IMG/VR virus record: IMGVR_UViG_3300021185_004515
Direction: 5' to 3' (one strand)
From: an uncultured virus (IMG/VR IMGVR_UViG_3300021185_004515)
Taxonomy: Duplodnaviria; Heunggongvirae; Uroviricota; Caudoviricetes
Length of the DNA stretch: 23,697 nucleotides
Positions 23,565 to 23,697 of this stretch are shown one piece after another. Each line of letters starts with the position of its first letter. The stretch's first letter is position 1. Position numbers and translations under genes: made by a program. Below the pieces are notes generated by a model, which saw nothing but the letters and a program-made list of their open reading frames with translations, had not been told where the DNA came from and made no database searches.

Positions 23565-23697
23565 CTATTTTCAATGACATTATCAACGAATGCTCGGCTA
23601 ATTGCTTCGTATTTATTGAAACAAGTGTGGCACAAACCCATGTTGAATCGGACTCCTGTGCTGGTGGTTCCTAATGGGTGGTGTGTGGGAAGTAATT
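23561..23697 (-). CDS. 3' end of a gene entering from outside the window (...RFNMGLCHTCFNKYEAISRAFVDNVIENS*)
   Basis: Open frame from window edge ending at TAA inside the promoter box; CxxC. Confidence 0.55.
   Translation of the reverse strand, partial: LLPTHHPLGTTSTGVRFNMGLCHTCFNKYEAISRAFVDNVIENS

Noticed and set aside
1..23697. tRNA, rRNA, integrase, transposase or intein
   Set aside because: No intergenic space or signatures seen; nrdJ is of normal length with no insertion

Overview
A gene-dense 23.7 kb segment in which every credible gene lies on the minus strand. It most likely comes from a large virus (or other large mobile element) of an archaeon, possibly a marine Poseidoniales/MGII-type host. 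This is inferred from archaeal-type TATA promoters, a divergent PCNA, an XPF/Hef-type ERCC4 nuclease, many zinc-finger microproteins and a TSP3-repeat secreted protein; no capsid or terminase gene is visible. The right part (9-23.7 kb) encodes nucleotide metabolism and repair: class II RNR, PCNA, ERCC4 nuclease, 5'-3' exonuclease, zincless Fpg/Nei glycosylase and an NDT-like enzyme. It also has a pyruvyltransferase, a Cys-rich gene cluster and a six-repeat zinc-ribbon protein with a GIY-YIG-like tail. The left part (1-9 kb) holds mostly unknown proteins, several sharing an F-x-A-E motif, plus a PAP2 phosphatase, an HNH protein and a GQ-repeat Ca-binding secreted protein. A TTAAATAG(G/C) box, usually 29 nt before the ATG, corrects several start codons and helps reveal small genes missing from the ORF track. 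All counts and alignments were made by eye.
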